In this document: piece by piece, positions 35,877 through 43,841 of the stretch | Position numbering within the stretch: the first letter of the stretch is position 1 | Layout: every line of letters starts with the position of its first letter | NCBI GenBank assembly: GCA_046540175.1 | Contig: JBKHFO010000003.1 | Coordinates: 1-43,841 of the forward strand | From: Candidatus Hydrogenedentota bacterium | GTDB lineage: Bacteria; Hydrogenedentota; Hydrogenedentia; Hydrogenedentales; SLHB01 | Length of the DNA: 43,841 nucleotides | Reading direction: 5' to 3' | The notes under the pieces: generated by a model | Seen by the model: the letters and a program-made list of their open reading frames with translations, nothing else | What the model was told of the DNA's origin: nothing | The model's database searches: none | Translations under genes and position numbers: made by a program

Positions 35877-37174
35877 GTGCGCAGTTTGTAGATCAGGTTG
35901 CGGCGGCTGATGCCGAGGAGTTCAGCGGCGCGGCTCTTGTTGCCGCCGGTTTTCTCAAGCGCTTCGAGAATCGCGCGGCGCTGGATTTCCTCCATGTCGC
36001 CCACAAGAACAGAGCCATCACCGGGCTTTTTTTCAGCCTTTTGGAGAGCGGGCGGCAAATCCGCGGGCAGGATGGTCTCCCCGTGAGCCATGATGGCGGC
36101 GCGGGTGATGACGTTGCGCAGCTCGCGGATGTTGCCGGGCCAATCGTAGGCCATGAGAAGGCGCTCGGCGGCGGGAGCGAGACGCTTGTGGTAGCCCTGA
36201 AGAAACTTGGCCGTCAAGGGGAGAATGTCGTCGCGCCGTTCCCGCAGCGGCGGCACGATGATGGCGAAGACGTTGAGGCGAAAATAAAGGTCTTCGCGGA
36301 ACCGGTCTTCCCGCACTTCCGTTTCGAGATCGCGGTTGGTCGCGGCGATAAGCCGCACGTCGCTGTGCAGCGGTCTGCTGCCGCCGATGCGCCGGAAGCC
36401 GCCGGTCTCGAGTACGCCCAAAAGCTTGGGTTGAAGGCTCAAGGGGATCTCCCCAACCTCGTCGAGAAACAACGTTCCGCCGTCGGCCTCTTCGAACCGG
36501 CCCGCACGGGCGTGGTCCGCGCCGGTATAGGCCCCCTTCTCGTGGCCGAACAACTCGGCTTCGATGAGGTTTTCCGGCAGCGCGCCGCAATCGACCCGCA
36601 CCAGGGCCTTGGCATGACGCGGGCTCTGCTCGTGGATGAACTGCGCCACGACCTCCTTGCCCGTTCCGCTCTCGCCAAGCACGAGGGCGCTGGCCTCCGT
36701 CGGCGCCACGCGGGCCGCTTCTTGGAACACCCGGCGTATCGCGGCGCTTTCCGCCACCACGCCCTCTGGCAGGGTCAGCTCACCTTCCTCTCCCCCCGTC
36801 ACGGGCCGGCCGTCTTGCGCAAGGGCGTCATCCACGGCGGCGATGAGTTCATCGAGATCCACGGGTTTTTCGAGGTAGTCGAGGGCGCCCGTTTTGATGG
36901 CGTTGACCGCGTCGCGCACATCGATGAAAGCCGTCAATAGAATGACGGGAAGGGCGGGATGGTCGCGTTTGAGCCGATCGAGCACTTCCAAGCCGCTCAT
37001 GCCGGGCATGCGCACATCCAGCAAGACAAGATCCGTTTGCGGGGCCACTTCCAGGGCTTGCGGTCCGTCCTCGGCGGACGCCACCTCGTACCCCGCCCGG
37101 CGCAGGGCGTTGGTGAGCAGTTGACGCTGACCAGGGTCGTCGTCAACCACGGCTATGGTGTGGTTTTCGGCCAT
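35864..37174 (-). CDS. Sigma54-dependent response regulator (NtrC family, ZraR/HydG-like)
   Basis: REC (VVDDD, LLDVRMP, KP); AAA+ GESGTGKE, GAYTGA, FLDEVGE, WPGNIREL; Fis-type HTH. Confidence 0.95.
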   Translation of the reverse strand: MAENHTIAVVDDDPGQRQLLTNALRRAGYEVASAEDGPQALEVAPQTDLVLLDVRMPGMSGLEVLDRLKRDHPALPVILLTAFIDVRDAVNAIKTGALDYLEKPVDLDELIAAVDDALAQDGRPVTGGEEGELTLPEGVVAESAAIRRVFQEAARVAPTEASALVLGESGTGKEVVAQFIHEQSPRHAKALVRVDCGALPENLIEAELFGHEKGAYTGADHARAGRFEEADGGTLFLDEVGEIPLSLQPKLLGVLETGGFRRIGGSRPLHSDVRLIAATNRDLETEVREDRFREDLYFRLNVFAIIVPPLRERRDDILPLTAKFLQGYHKRLAPAAERLLMAYDWPGNIRELRNVITRAAIMAHGETILPADLPPALQKAEKKPGDGSVLVGDMEEIQRRAILEALEKTGGNKSRAAELLGISRRNLIYKLRTYGL

Positions 37175-37178
37175 GCCG

Positions 37179-38519
37179 CTATTGTACCGGACGCAAGCCG
37201 CGCAACGTAACCCGGGTCCCCTGCTCCGGTTCAGACTCGACTTCAAGCTCCCAGCCATGGGCGCGAGCGATTTGGTCCACGATGGGCAGTCCGAGTCCCG
37301 AGCCGTTATGCGAGCGGGAGAAATAGGGCTCCACCACGTGCGGCAAGTCCTCCGGCGCGATGCCTTGACCGGTGTCCGACACAGCAATATCTACGTAGCC
37401 GTTCCGGCGTCGGGCCTCGATACGCACCACGCCTTCATCACCGCAGGCGCGAACCGCATTCGAGACGAGATTGAGCATGGCGCGGCGAAGGAGATCTTTA
37501 TCCGCCGCCACTTCCAACCCGTTGGGCTCATACTCCAGCTTTATGTTGGACCCCGCCGTCTCCGTCTCTAGCAAAGGAAGAAACTGTTGGAAAAAGGCGT
37601 CCAGCGCAACGGGTTTCTCTTGGGCTTCTTGCGGGCGCGCGAAGCTAAGGAAAAAGTTGATCTGGCCCACGGTCCGGTCGGCCTCGTCCACGATTTCGGA
37701 GGCCATCTGTTTGTTCTCCGTGCTGGTGTCCGGCGAACTCATAATGGACTGGGCCAACCCGCGCACGATGCCCAGCGGATTCTTGGTTTCGTGCGCCAGC
37801 CCCGCCCCGAGCCGGGCAAGCCGCTCATGCTGGGCCGCCCGTTCTTGGGCAAACGCCAACTCGGTTTGCATCTCCTTTTGCCGCATCCGGGACAATAGAA
37901 CGGTGGCGCCAAACGCGATCGCGGCCAACGCAACAGCGGCGTTTAACACAAAGTGGGTTTGCTCTTGCTGGATGGCTTCGTGCATGCCGGTGGTGTCCAG
38001 CACAAGGCCAAGCGTGAACGGCCCAGGCTGCATCCCGCGTTGGTCCGGGCCGCGGCGGCCCATACCCATGCCGCGTCCTCCCCCCCAGCCGTCTCCGTGG
38101 CCTTCTCCGATTCCCGCACCGCCCATGCGCATTCTTCCGGTTCGCGTCATGGCGAGCCAGGTATCGGTTTCCATTACGTTGCCATTGGTGATGGAAGGGA
38201 ACGATTCCGAGAACTCGCCCACCACTATCGGGTCCGCCTCGCCTGTGTCCACCTTCAGCGCCAAAACGTCCGGGGCTTCCGCGAGTTCTTCGAGAACCGT
38301 GCGCAGCCGTTCCGGCGTTTGCTGGCCCATCCGGCCTTGCGCGCGAACGCCGGCCCCCATGGCGTCAAGAATGGTCTCGGCACGCGCGACGGCGGTTTCG
38401 CGGTGATTAGCCGCTTGGGAGCGGTAATCCGCGTAAAGATAGGCCAACGCCATCCCGGCTAACAGGATGGCTGCCGCAATAATCGCCCCTTGCCGGCTGC
38501 GAAGCAAATCCGAAAACAT
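37179..38519 (-). CDS. Membrane sensor histidine kinase (ZraS/HydH-like)
   Basis: Two TMs; H-box LAHETKNPLG; NLVSNA, DTGQGI, GSGLGL boxes; start at MFSDLL. Confidence 0.94.
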   Translation of the reverse strand: MFSDLLRSRQGAIIAAAILLAGMALAYLYADYRSQAANHRETAVARAETILDAMGAGVRAQGRMGQQTPERLRTVLEELAEAPDVLALKVDTGEADPIVVGEFSESFPSITNGNVMETDTWLAMTRTGRMRMGGAGIGEGHGDGWGGGRGMGMGRRGPDQRGMQPGPFTLGLVLDTTGMHEAIQQEQTHFVLNAAVALAAIAFGATVLLSRMRQKEMQTELAFAQERAAQHERLARLGAGLAHETKNPLGIVRGLAQSIMSSPDTSTENKQMASEIVDEADRTVGQINFFLSFARPQEAQEKPVALDAFFQQFLPLLETETAGSNIKLEYEPNGLEVAADKDLLRRAMLNLVSNAVRACGDEGVVRIEARRRNGYVDIAVSDTGQGIAPEDLPHVVEPYFSRSHNGSGLGLPIVDQIARAHGWELEVESEPEQGTRVTLRGLRPVQ

Positions 38520-38608
38520 GATCGGGATCCTAACACGAAGGCCCCGAAGAGGGCGCGCTATCACACCCCCTTCGGGTACAACGGTTCAATTAGCGCAACT
38601 TGAACTGG

Positions 38609-39322
38609 TTACCGTTGACCAGCGCGGGGCCTCATCTGCCGGGGCGGACCAGCCTGTTGTTGACGCGGGGCCGCGCCTCGCGGTCCGCGTCCTTGCCAAC
38701 CCATGGGCGCGGCGTTTTCGGCGTCTTCATCCATCCAGACGCGGCCATAGCCTGGCCCGCCTTGGCCGCGGCCGATGCCGGGTTCGTCAGCCGCCTCGGG
38801 ATCATAATTATCGCAGATCCCATCATCGTCTTCATCCTCGAAGAATGGTCCCTGGCAGAATCCACTGCCGTAACCTGGGCCGCCTTGGCCCCGGCCCATG
38901 CGAGGTTCAGATTCCTCGCTTTCGGGCGCGATCCGCCTCGGCGCAGCTCCCCGGCCGCCAGGGCCCCGGCCCATGGGCGCGGCGTTTTCCGCGTCGTCAT
39001 CCATCCAGACACGGCCGTAGCCTGGCCCGCCTTGACCCCGGCCGATGCCCGGTTGCTCAGCCGCCTCGGGATCGTAATTGTCGCAGATCCCGTCCTCGTC
39101 TTCATCCTCGAAGAAAGGTCCCTGGCGGAATCCCCGGCCATAGCCTTGGCCACCTTGGCCCCGGCCCATGGGGCGCGGCGCGTCTGGAGCCGCGGCTTCG
39201 GCCTGGGCCGTCGTGTCTTGGGTTTGGCCCTCGGCAGTAGCTTCATCCTGCGCATTGGCTGTCAAACTCAGCGTAAGGCCGAGCGCCAACGCGGCTCCGA
39301 GATAACTCATCTTGTACCACAT
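38609..39322 (-). CDS. Secreted Gly/Arg-rich duplicated-repeat protein with DxDxDGICDN motifs
   Basis: AAGGAG RBS; signal peptide ending ANA-Q; two near-identical units spaced 90 aa. Confidence 0.85.
   Translation of the reverse strand: MWYKMSYLGAALALGLTLSLTANAQDEATAEGQTQDTTAQAEAAAPDAPRPMGRGQGGQGYGRGFRQGPFFEDEDEDGICDNYDPEAAEQPGIGRGQGGPGYGRVWMDDDAENAAPMGRGPGGRGAAPRRIAPESEESEPRMGRGQGGPGYGSGFCQGPFFEDEDDDGICDNYDPEAADEPGIGRGQGGPGYGRVWMDEDAENAAPMGWQGRGPRGAAPRQQQAGPPRQMRPRAGQR
38700..39170. repeat. Intragenic direct repeat: about 200-bp block twice, 270-bp period
   Basis: CCATGGGCGCGGCGTTTTC at 38701 and 38971; CCTTGGCCCCGGCCCATG ending at 38900 and 39170. Confidence 0.92.
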
Positions 39323-39513
39323 GGAACTTCTCCTTTCTTACGTGCTCCGTGAGGGGACTTCACGGAAACACCGTGGCCCTTATTAAACGTCTCAAACAGT
39401 CCAGCCTAAAGGAACCTCACTGAAGGCCTCGCAGATTCGCTCATCGCCCTGCGTTCCGATGCCCCGGTTCCGCGTGCTGTGAAACCGCTATTTGTTTGCA
39501 CCGAGTTTGCCGG

Positions 39514-39548
39514 CCCTGCTGTCTCGACCAAAAATCGGGACAGCAGGG
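39514..39548 (-). terminator. Intergenic hairpin after the 97-aa gene
   Basis: CCCTGCTGTCTCGA/TCGGGACAGCAGGG inverted repeat. Confidence 0.55.
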
Positions 39549-39558
39549 ACATAATGTG

Positions 39559-39852
39559 TTAGCGTCGACCGCCTTCACCAGCGCCACCGCCCTCGCCTAG
39601 GCCGCGTCCTGCAGGGTTACCCTGGCCTTGACCGCGCCGATTCACGCCTCGGCCTTGCACACCGTCACCGGTTCCCCGGCGGCCGCCACGGCCATCTCTG
39701 GCGCCATGGATGCACCGGCCATCCTCTGCCGGCTCAAACTGTTCGCAAGCGCCACGTTGTCCTCCACCGCCTCGGGGCGTTTCCTCGGGCACCGCCGAGA
39801 AGCTAAAGGCGAGCGTACAGGCCGCGAGGACCAACATCATCCGATACCACAT
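39559..39852 (-). CDS. Small secreted Gly/Arg-rich protein with a Cys pair
   Basis: AAGGAGGT RBS; signal MWYRMMLVLAACTLAFSFSA; CEQFEPAEDGRCIH; G/R-rich tail. Confidence 0.8.
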   Translation of the reverse strand: MWYRMMLVLAACTLAFSFSAVPEETPRGGGGQRGACEQFEPAEDGRCIHGARDGRGGRRGTGDGVQGRGVNRRGQGQGNPAGRGLGEGGGAGEGGRR

Positions 39853-39963
39853 GGTGTCACCTCCTTTCGTTTCGTTTTTCTATTGCCCGGTTCACTCGTT
39901 CGCCGGGTCTGCCGAACCTGGTGTCCCGTATCCCGGAACACCAGGGCAGAAACTCATGAAACG

Positions 39964-40302
39964 TTACCGCGCGTTGTTGCGGAGTCCGCGTCCGCCGCCA
40001 CGAGCACGGCCATCGCGGGGACCTACGGCTTGCCCACGGCCGGGGCCGCTGCCATCACGCGGCCCCATCGCTTGGCCGCGGCCGGGACCCGAGCCATCAC
40101 GCGGCCCCATCGCTTGCCCGCGGCCTGGTCCATAACCGGAACCATCTCGAGGGCCGTCGCCCTGACCGTCGCGAAGACCTTGGCCTTGGCCGCTTCCATC
40201 TCGCGGCCCCGATCCCGGCGGGTCACACTGAGCTTGCGCCACGGCCGCAAAGCTGAAGAGCAGCGTAAACGCCATCGCTACCACAAGCATCTTGTACATC
40301 AT
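39964..40302 (-). CDS. Small secreted GPRDGSG-repeat protein
   Basis: GGAGG RBS; signal MMYKMLVVAMAFTLLFSFAAVAQA; repeated GPRDGSG(P)GRGQAM. Confidence 0.82.
   Translation of the reverse strand: MMYKMLVVAMAFTLLFSFAAVAQAQCDPPGSGPRDGSGQGQGLRDGQGDGPRDGSGYGPGRGQAMGPRDGSGPGRGQAMGPRDGSGPGRGQAVGPRDGRARGGGRGLRNNAR
40009..40131. repeat. 42-bp tandem repeat, about 3 copies, encoding GPGRGQAMGPRDGS
   Basis: GCCATC(A/G)CG(C/G)GG units begin at 40009, 40051 and 40093. Confidence 0.85.
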
Positions 40303-40392
40303 TGTCTTATCCTCCGTACTACGTTGGTTCGCTTCGTTTTGCCCGTCCACCGGGCTTGCCAGCGGCTCCATTACCACCTGCACCTAAGAAAG

Positions 40393-40409
40393 GGCATATG
40401 CCGTGCCAA
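40393..40409 (-). promoter_or_regulatory. Sigma54 promoter of the secreted-repeat/TCS operon
   Basis: Minus strand TTGGCACGGCATATGCC, GG-N10-GC, about 90 bp above the first start. Confidence 0.78.
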
Positions 40410-40447
40410 CACAAATCCTGGGAAATCCGGGAGTATCGGCACGGCGC

Positions 40448-40495
40448 TATGCAAAACCCGCACAGGCGGGCCTGCAACTGTGCAAAGTTTGCAGC
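40448..40495. promoter_or_regulatory. Two candidate enhancer (bEBP) sites
   Basis: TATGCAAAACCCGCACA and TGTGCAAAGTTTGCAGC, both imperfect TGTGCAA-N3-TTGCACA palindromes, 31 bp apart. Confidence 0.55.
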
Positions 40496-40585
40496 GTTCA
40501 GCTCATGGAGCGATGTGTTCCCTGCATGTGTTTACATCTCCCCTGCCGCTTTTCCACTCTCCACCTGGCAAGTGAGACCTGGCAT

Positions 40586-40880
40586 GGCCTATGCGCACAT
40601 ATTAGATGGTACTGTAGCGCTGGCGGTGTTTGCGGTGTTGCTGGCGGGCTCGATAAGCGCCGCGCCGCCTTTTGGCGCGGTGATGGATTGGCAGGACGCC
40701 ATGAAGGATCATTACCGGGAGCAGGCCCCTGGCCGGGGTGGAGGCGGCAGAGGCCAAGGCCGTGGAGGAGGTGGTCAGGCCCAACTTGAAGACACGGAGA
40801 CCGCAGACGAAGAAGACGTGGCTTCCTCGGATCTTCCAAGCGATACGGGGTTGACGGTACGCTGGCGCGGCGGACGGTAG
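40586..40880 (+). CDS. Possible small secreted Gly/Arg-rich protein (divergent; may be a remnant)
   Basis: Hydrophobic VALAVFAVLLAGSISA, then GRGGGGRGQGRGGGG and an acidic patch; start uncertain; no clear RBS. Confidence 0.5.
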
Positions 40881-40896
40881 CCCCTCCATGGAACAA

Positions 40897-41061
40897 GCCC
40901 CCCTTGTCCCCCTTCAAGGGGGAATCGTACCGCCGGCATCTTGCCGGCACATTAAGCCAAGCCGGCAAGATGCCGGCGGTACGATTCCCTCCTCCAAGCG
41001 GGAAAATGAGAGCGGAACAATTCCCCCTTGGAAGGGGGTGGCCCGAAGGGGCGGGGGATGT
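40897..41061. repeat. Nested REP-like palindromic element
   Basis: Perfect 29-bp inverted repeat at 40920-40948 / 40961-40989, flanked by CCCCCTTCAAGGGGG and CCCCCTTGGAAGGGGG palindromes. Confidence 0.8.
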
Positions 41062-41165
41062 ACGCCTTGTCTAGCCAGCTCGGCCCTTTCGGGAACAAGC
41101 AAATGGCGCGGGCGTCTCCAAGAGATAGCCCACACCACCTGCATTCCGCACATAACCGATCGCGA

Positions 41166-42647
41166 TTACGCCCGTACGTTCCCTTCGTAGTCGAAGTGAT
41201 ACATCCGGGCGAAGGCCCGCCACCGCCGGGCTTCTTCGCGGTTGCCGCAGAATAGCACGGGATGGTGGCCCTGGTGGACGTCAAGCACGTCGTCGACACC
41301 GTCCATCTTCGCCAGGATTCGCGTCGCGCATCCGCCCGTGGGCGGCATCTCGGGCGATTCAATGATCTGGCCCGTCCAACACGCGAGTTTTCCTTCCCCG
41401 CTTTCGTAGCGCGTCAGCATGATAGGCTCGTCCGGGGGCCACTGCACGTCCAGCGCCGGCGTCTTGGGCAGTTGATGCGTGAACGGCCGGATCCAGAAGT
41501 CCGCCGCCGGGCCGTTCGGGCCATGGAGGTTCAGCGCGCACGTGCAGTGCGAGCCAAAGTACTGATTGTCTCTCAGGTTATAGCTCCGATTGTGCAGAAA
41601 ACCCGGGCGATCCATGAGCCAGCGCCCCAGCATCATCGTCAGCGTCGCGTTGAAATCGTTCTCGCACGCGGCCGGAACGAGATTGCCGTTGTTGAGGCAG
41701 AAGCTGATGCAGGGTTTCCGGTGCGCCAGCATCAGGCAGTCGATGGTGATGGCGTCCCCGCCGTACCGGTCCATGAGGGTGTTCACGGTCTTGTGGGCGC
41801 GCATGGCCTCGACGAAATACTCGTCCGCCACATCCACAACGCGGGCCGCTCGCTGCTTAAAGGCCATCGCTTCTTGCTCCATCTCGCTGTCCGGTTCGAT
41901 GGAGTCGAAGAGTTCGTTGTATTCCTCGGAAGGCACTCCAAGCACTTCCATGCCGAAGGCCTCTTCGACATGACCTTCCCACAGGTCCCCCGAACGCACC
42001 CGTAGCAAGCGGCTTTGGCCAAGCATCTTCCGCGCGCGGACCGCCCGCAACCCTTCTTCGATGCCGTCCCAGTCCTCGATGCCTTGAATGAAGTGAATGC
42101 CGTCCGTCCGGTACATGCCGCGAGGCAGTCCGTGTTGCGCGCCCAAGGGCTCGTACACGATGGCTGTTGGCGCCGCCTCCGTGGCGATGGCCTCCGCCGC
42201 GTTACCCAGCGTGTTGTAGAAATTGATCACCAAGACCGCGTCGGGGGCCTCATCGTTTGTGCGGTTGATGAATTCCTCCACCTTGGCTTCTTGCCAGATG
42301 GGATCCGGCGCAAACGACACCTCGACCCCAAGATTCCCGGCCATCTCTTCGATGTGTTGGGTGAACTTCGCCCGTTGCTCGTCAAATTTAAACAAGTAAG
42401 AAGGATACGTGAACCAGTTGTTGGCCGCCCACTGGTCTTCCATCTGGCCTTCGTGGACCACATTCTCCGGCGGATACAAAAACACCGCCTTCACTTTGGC
42501 GGCGTCTTTTTCGATCGGGGCGCGTTCCGCATTGGCGGCCGCCACCCCCGCCACGGTTGGCCCCATGAGCCCGGCCGCTGTTATCGCGCTGCTGGCCGCC
42601 ATGAATTGGCGCCGGTTCATCTGGTTGAACTCGCAAGATTCACACAT
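41166..42647 (-). CDS. Tat-exported L-fucose/L-arabinose isomerase-like protein
   Basis: MCESC..MNRRQFM twin-arginine signal; DAITIDC, PAACEND, SHCT, GCAT and GHHPVL motifs; AGGAGAGG RBS. Confidence 0.75.
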   Translation of the reverse strand: MCESCEFNQMNRRQFMAASSAITAAGLMGPTVAGVAAANAERAPIEKDAAKVKAVFLYPPENVVHEGQMEDQWAANNWFTYPSYLFKFDEQRAKFTQHIEEMAGNLGVEVSFAPDPIWQEAKVEEFINRTNDEAPDAVLVINFYNTLGNAAEAIATEAAPTAIVYEPLGAQHGLPRGMYRTDGIHFIQGIEDWDGIEEGLRAVRARKMLGQSRLLRVRSGDLWEGHVEEAFGMEVLGVPSEEYNELFDSIEPDSEMEQEAMAFKQRAARVVDVADEYFVEAMRAHKTVNTLMDRYGGDAITIDCLMLAHRKPCISFCLNNGNLVPAACENDFNATLTMMLGRWLMDRPGFLHNRSYNLRDNQYFGSHCTCALNLHGPNGPAADFWIRPFTHQLPKTPALDVQWPPDEPIMLTRYESGEGKLACWTGQIIESPEMPPTGGCATRILAKMDGVDDVLDVHQGHHPVLFCGNREEARRWRAFARMYHFDYEGNVRA

Positions 42648-42843
42648 GATGCCCTCTCCTTTGTTCCCGGTTTCGCCATGACGCTTCAACGGCGCCAGCG
42701 GCTTGATTTCCTCTCCCCGAAGAAAGCGCCTGCATTATTCCACGCCCTTTGTGGGCGGCGCAAACGGCTTCTTTGCTGGGCGGCAAGGCGCTGTCTGGGA
42801 AAGCGGCGGGCGCACGGTAGGTATAATGAGATTAAGGGGGGGA

Positions 42844-42872
42844 TTGACAAAGCGGTTGTTGTCGTTTACGCT
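42844..42872 (+). promoter_or_regulatory. Sigma70-type promoter
   Basis: TTGACA-N17-TACGCT, 57 bp before ATG 42930. Confidence 0.6.
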
Positions 42873-42929
42873 GTAGATAGGTGGTGTACTGTTGGCTTTG
42901 GGTTAGACTGACAAAGAAAGGGGCACGAG

Positions 42930-43841
42930 ATGAGCACCAACACAGCGCGCCAAACACGTTATGCCGGCAGACGGGGCGGCGTATGGATGGGCATTGCCGC
43001 GGCCGCAATCTGCGCGTTCCTCGCCGCGGCCGCCGGGGCGGAGGAACTGTCCGAGGAAGAGCAGTTGGACCTGCTGGAACAAGCGGAAGACTACGTCTTT
43101 GAAATGGACCGGGACACGGACACGGCCATCGCCTTGTACTTGGAGGTGCTTGAGAAGGTGGACCTGGATCCCCGCATCCGGCTGGAAATCGAGTTGCAGA
43201 TCGGCCACCTCCACCATTTCCACGCGCCTAGCGATAAGTGGGATCTTCCCACCGCCGTGGCCTGGTACGAGGCTGTCATCGACCGCTACCCCATAACGGA
43301 GCCAGACGTCTTCGACGCGCTGGGCCACCGGGCGCAGGCCTTCCGCCAAATGGATCGCTATGAAGACGCGGAGGAGGCCTATCTCGACATGCGCCAAGCC
43401 TATCTCAGTTTGCCAGAGGAAGACCAAGAGAAACTGGCGAACAGGTGGGACCGGTGGAACACGATGACACTGGTTCACCTCCTGACCCTGCACGCGAAGA
43501 ACGGCGCCGAGGGCGTGTCCGGGCTCCGGGCGATGAAGGAGGCCTATCCCGGCGACGAAAAGCTGGTGCGGGAAGCGGGCAAGGCCATTGACATCCTTGA
43601 ACAAGCCCACGAAACCCTGGCTCATTACGAGGACGGGGACGCGGAAGATCTGCCGGATTTGTTCCAGGCCTCCACGGAATTGCGGGAGAGCTACCTCGCC
43701 GGAAAAACGGCGCGGGAATGGAGAGAAGATGGGGAGGTGGCGGTCTCTGTCGCGCTGCAATTGGTATCCGGCGAGGCCCGCCGTATCAAGGACGTGATTG
43801 ACCCCACCCGCGAAGAGTTGCGGGAACTGCATCGGCAAGGG
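42930..43841 (+). CDS. Secreted acidic TPR-like protein (partial, runs off the window; absent from the ORF track)
   Basis: Read by hand: MSTNTARQTRYAGRRGGVWMGIAAAAICAFLAAAAGA-EELSEEEQ...AIALYLEVL...AVAWYEAVIDRYP...AQAFRQMDRYEDAEEAY; AAAGGGG RBS; GC3-rich codons. Confidence 0.82.
   Translation, partial: MSTNTARQTRYAGRRGGVWMGIAAAAICAFLAAAAGAEELSEEEQLDLLEQAEDYVFEMDRDTDTAIALYLEVLEKVDLDPRIRLEIELQIGHLHHFHAPSDKWDLPTAVAWYEAVIDRYPITEPDVFDALGHRAQAFRQMDRYEDAEEAYLDMRQAYLSLPEEDQEKLANRWDRWNTMTLVHLLTLHAKNGAEGVSGLRAMKEAYPGDEKLVREAGKAIDILEQAHETLAHYEDGDAEDLPDLFQASTELRESYLAGKTAREWREDGEVAVSVALQLVSGEARRIKDVIDPTREELRELHRQG

Noticed and set aside
38700-40131. Repeats as a possible CRISPR array
   Set aside because: In-frame coding repeats (270-bp and 42-bp periods) with no unique spacers and no cas genes
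42903-43838. 311-aa minus-strand ORF in the track
   Set aside because: Antisense shadow of the plus-strand TPR gene starting at 42930, which has an RBS, promoter and signal peptide

Overview
A GC-rich, gene-dense bacterial chromosome segment with no rRNA, tRNA, CRISPR array or intact transposase that I could recognise. Many exported proteins are very Asp/Glu-rich. The gene mix (PEP-CTERM, DUF1080, isochorismatase-ThuA, pilin trio, Zn-ribbon proteins, Hanks kinase) suggests a diderm PVC-like or Hydrogenedentes-like organism, possibly salt-adapted; this is inference only. In order, the window holds: a sigma54-driven PEP-CTERM gene; an NTP-sugar transferase; wrbA; a MITE; a pseudo-receiver/HisKA protein; a PL5-like alginate lyase; a sigma54-driven PilV/PilW/PilX-like + HEAT operon whose PilX-like protein carries a CxxCH motif; DUF1080; a PpiC; an isochorismatase-ThuA fusion; an orphan OppA; a co-oriented run of Ser/Thr kinase, TPR-LysM L,D-transpeptidase, GAF-GGDEF, two lipoproteins and a 1240-aa ankyrin protein; GntR; a PHP-fold lipoprotein that has lost most metal ligands; two Zn-ribbon proteins; GT2 and GT4; an MFS transporter; a GGQ rescue factor; a bPH_2 protein; a ZraSR-like sigma54 two-component system fed by three (possibly four) secreted Gly/Arg-rich repeat proteins; a nested REP-like element; a Tat-exported fucose-isomerase-like protein; and a partial TPR protein. 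The best candidates for undescribed systems are the Gly/Arg-repeat/sigma54 TCS locus (35.9-40.9 kb) and the CxxCH-bearing pilin-tip operon (6.1-10.4 kb). All family calls come from motif recognition by eye, not database searches.
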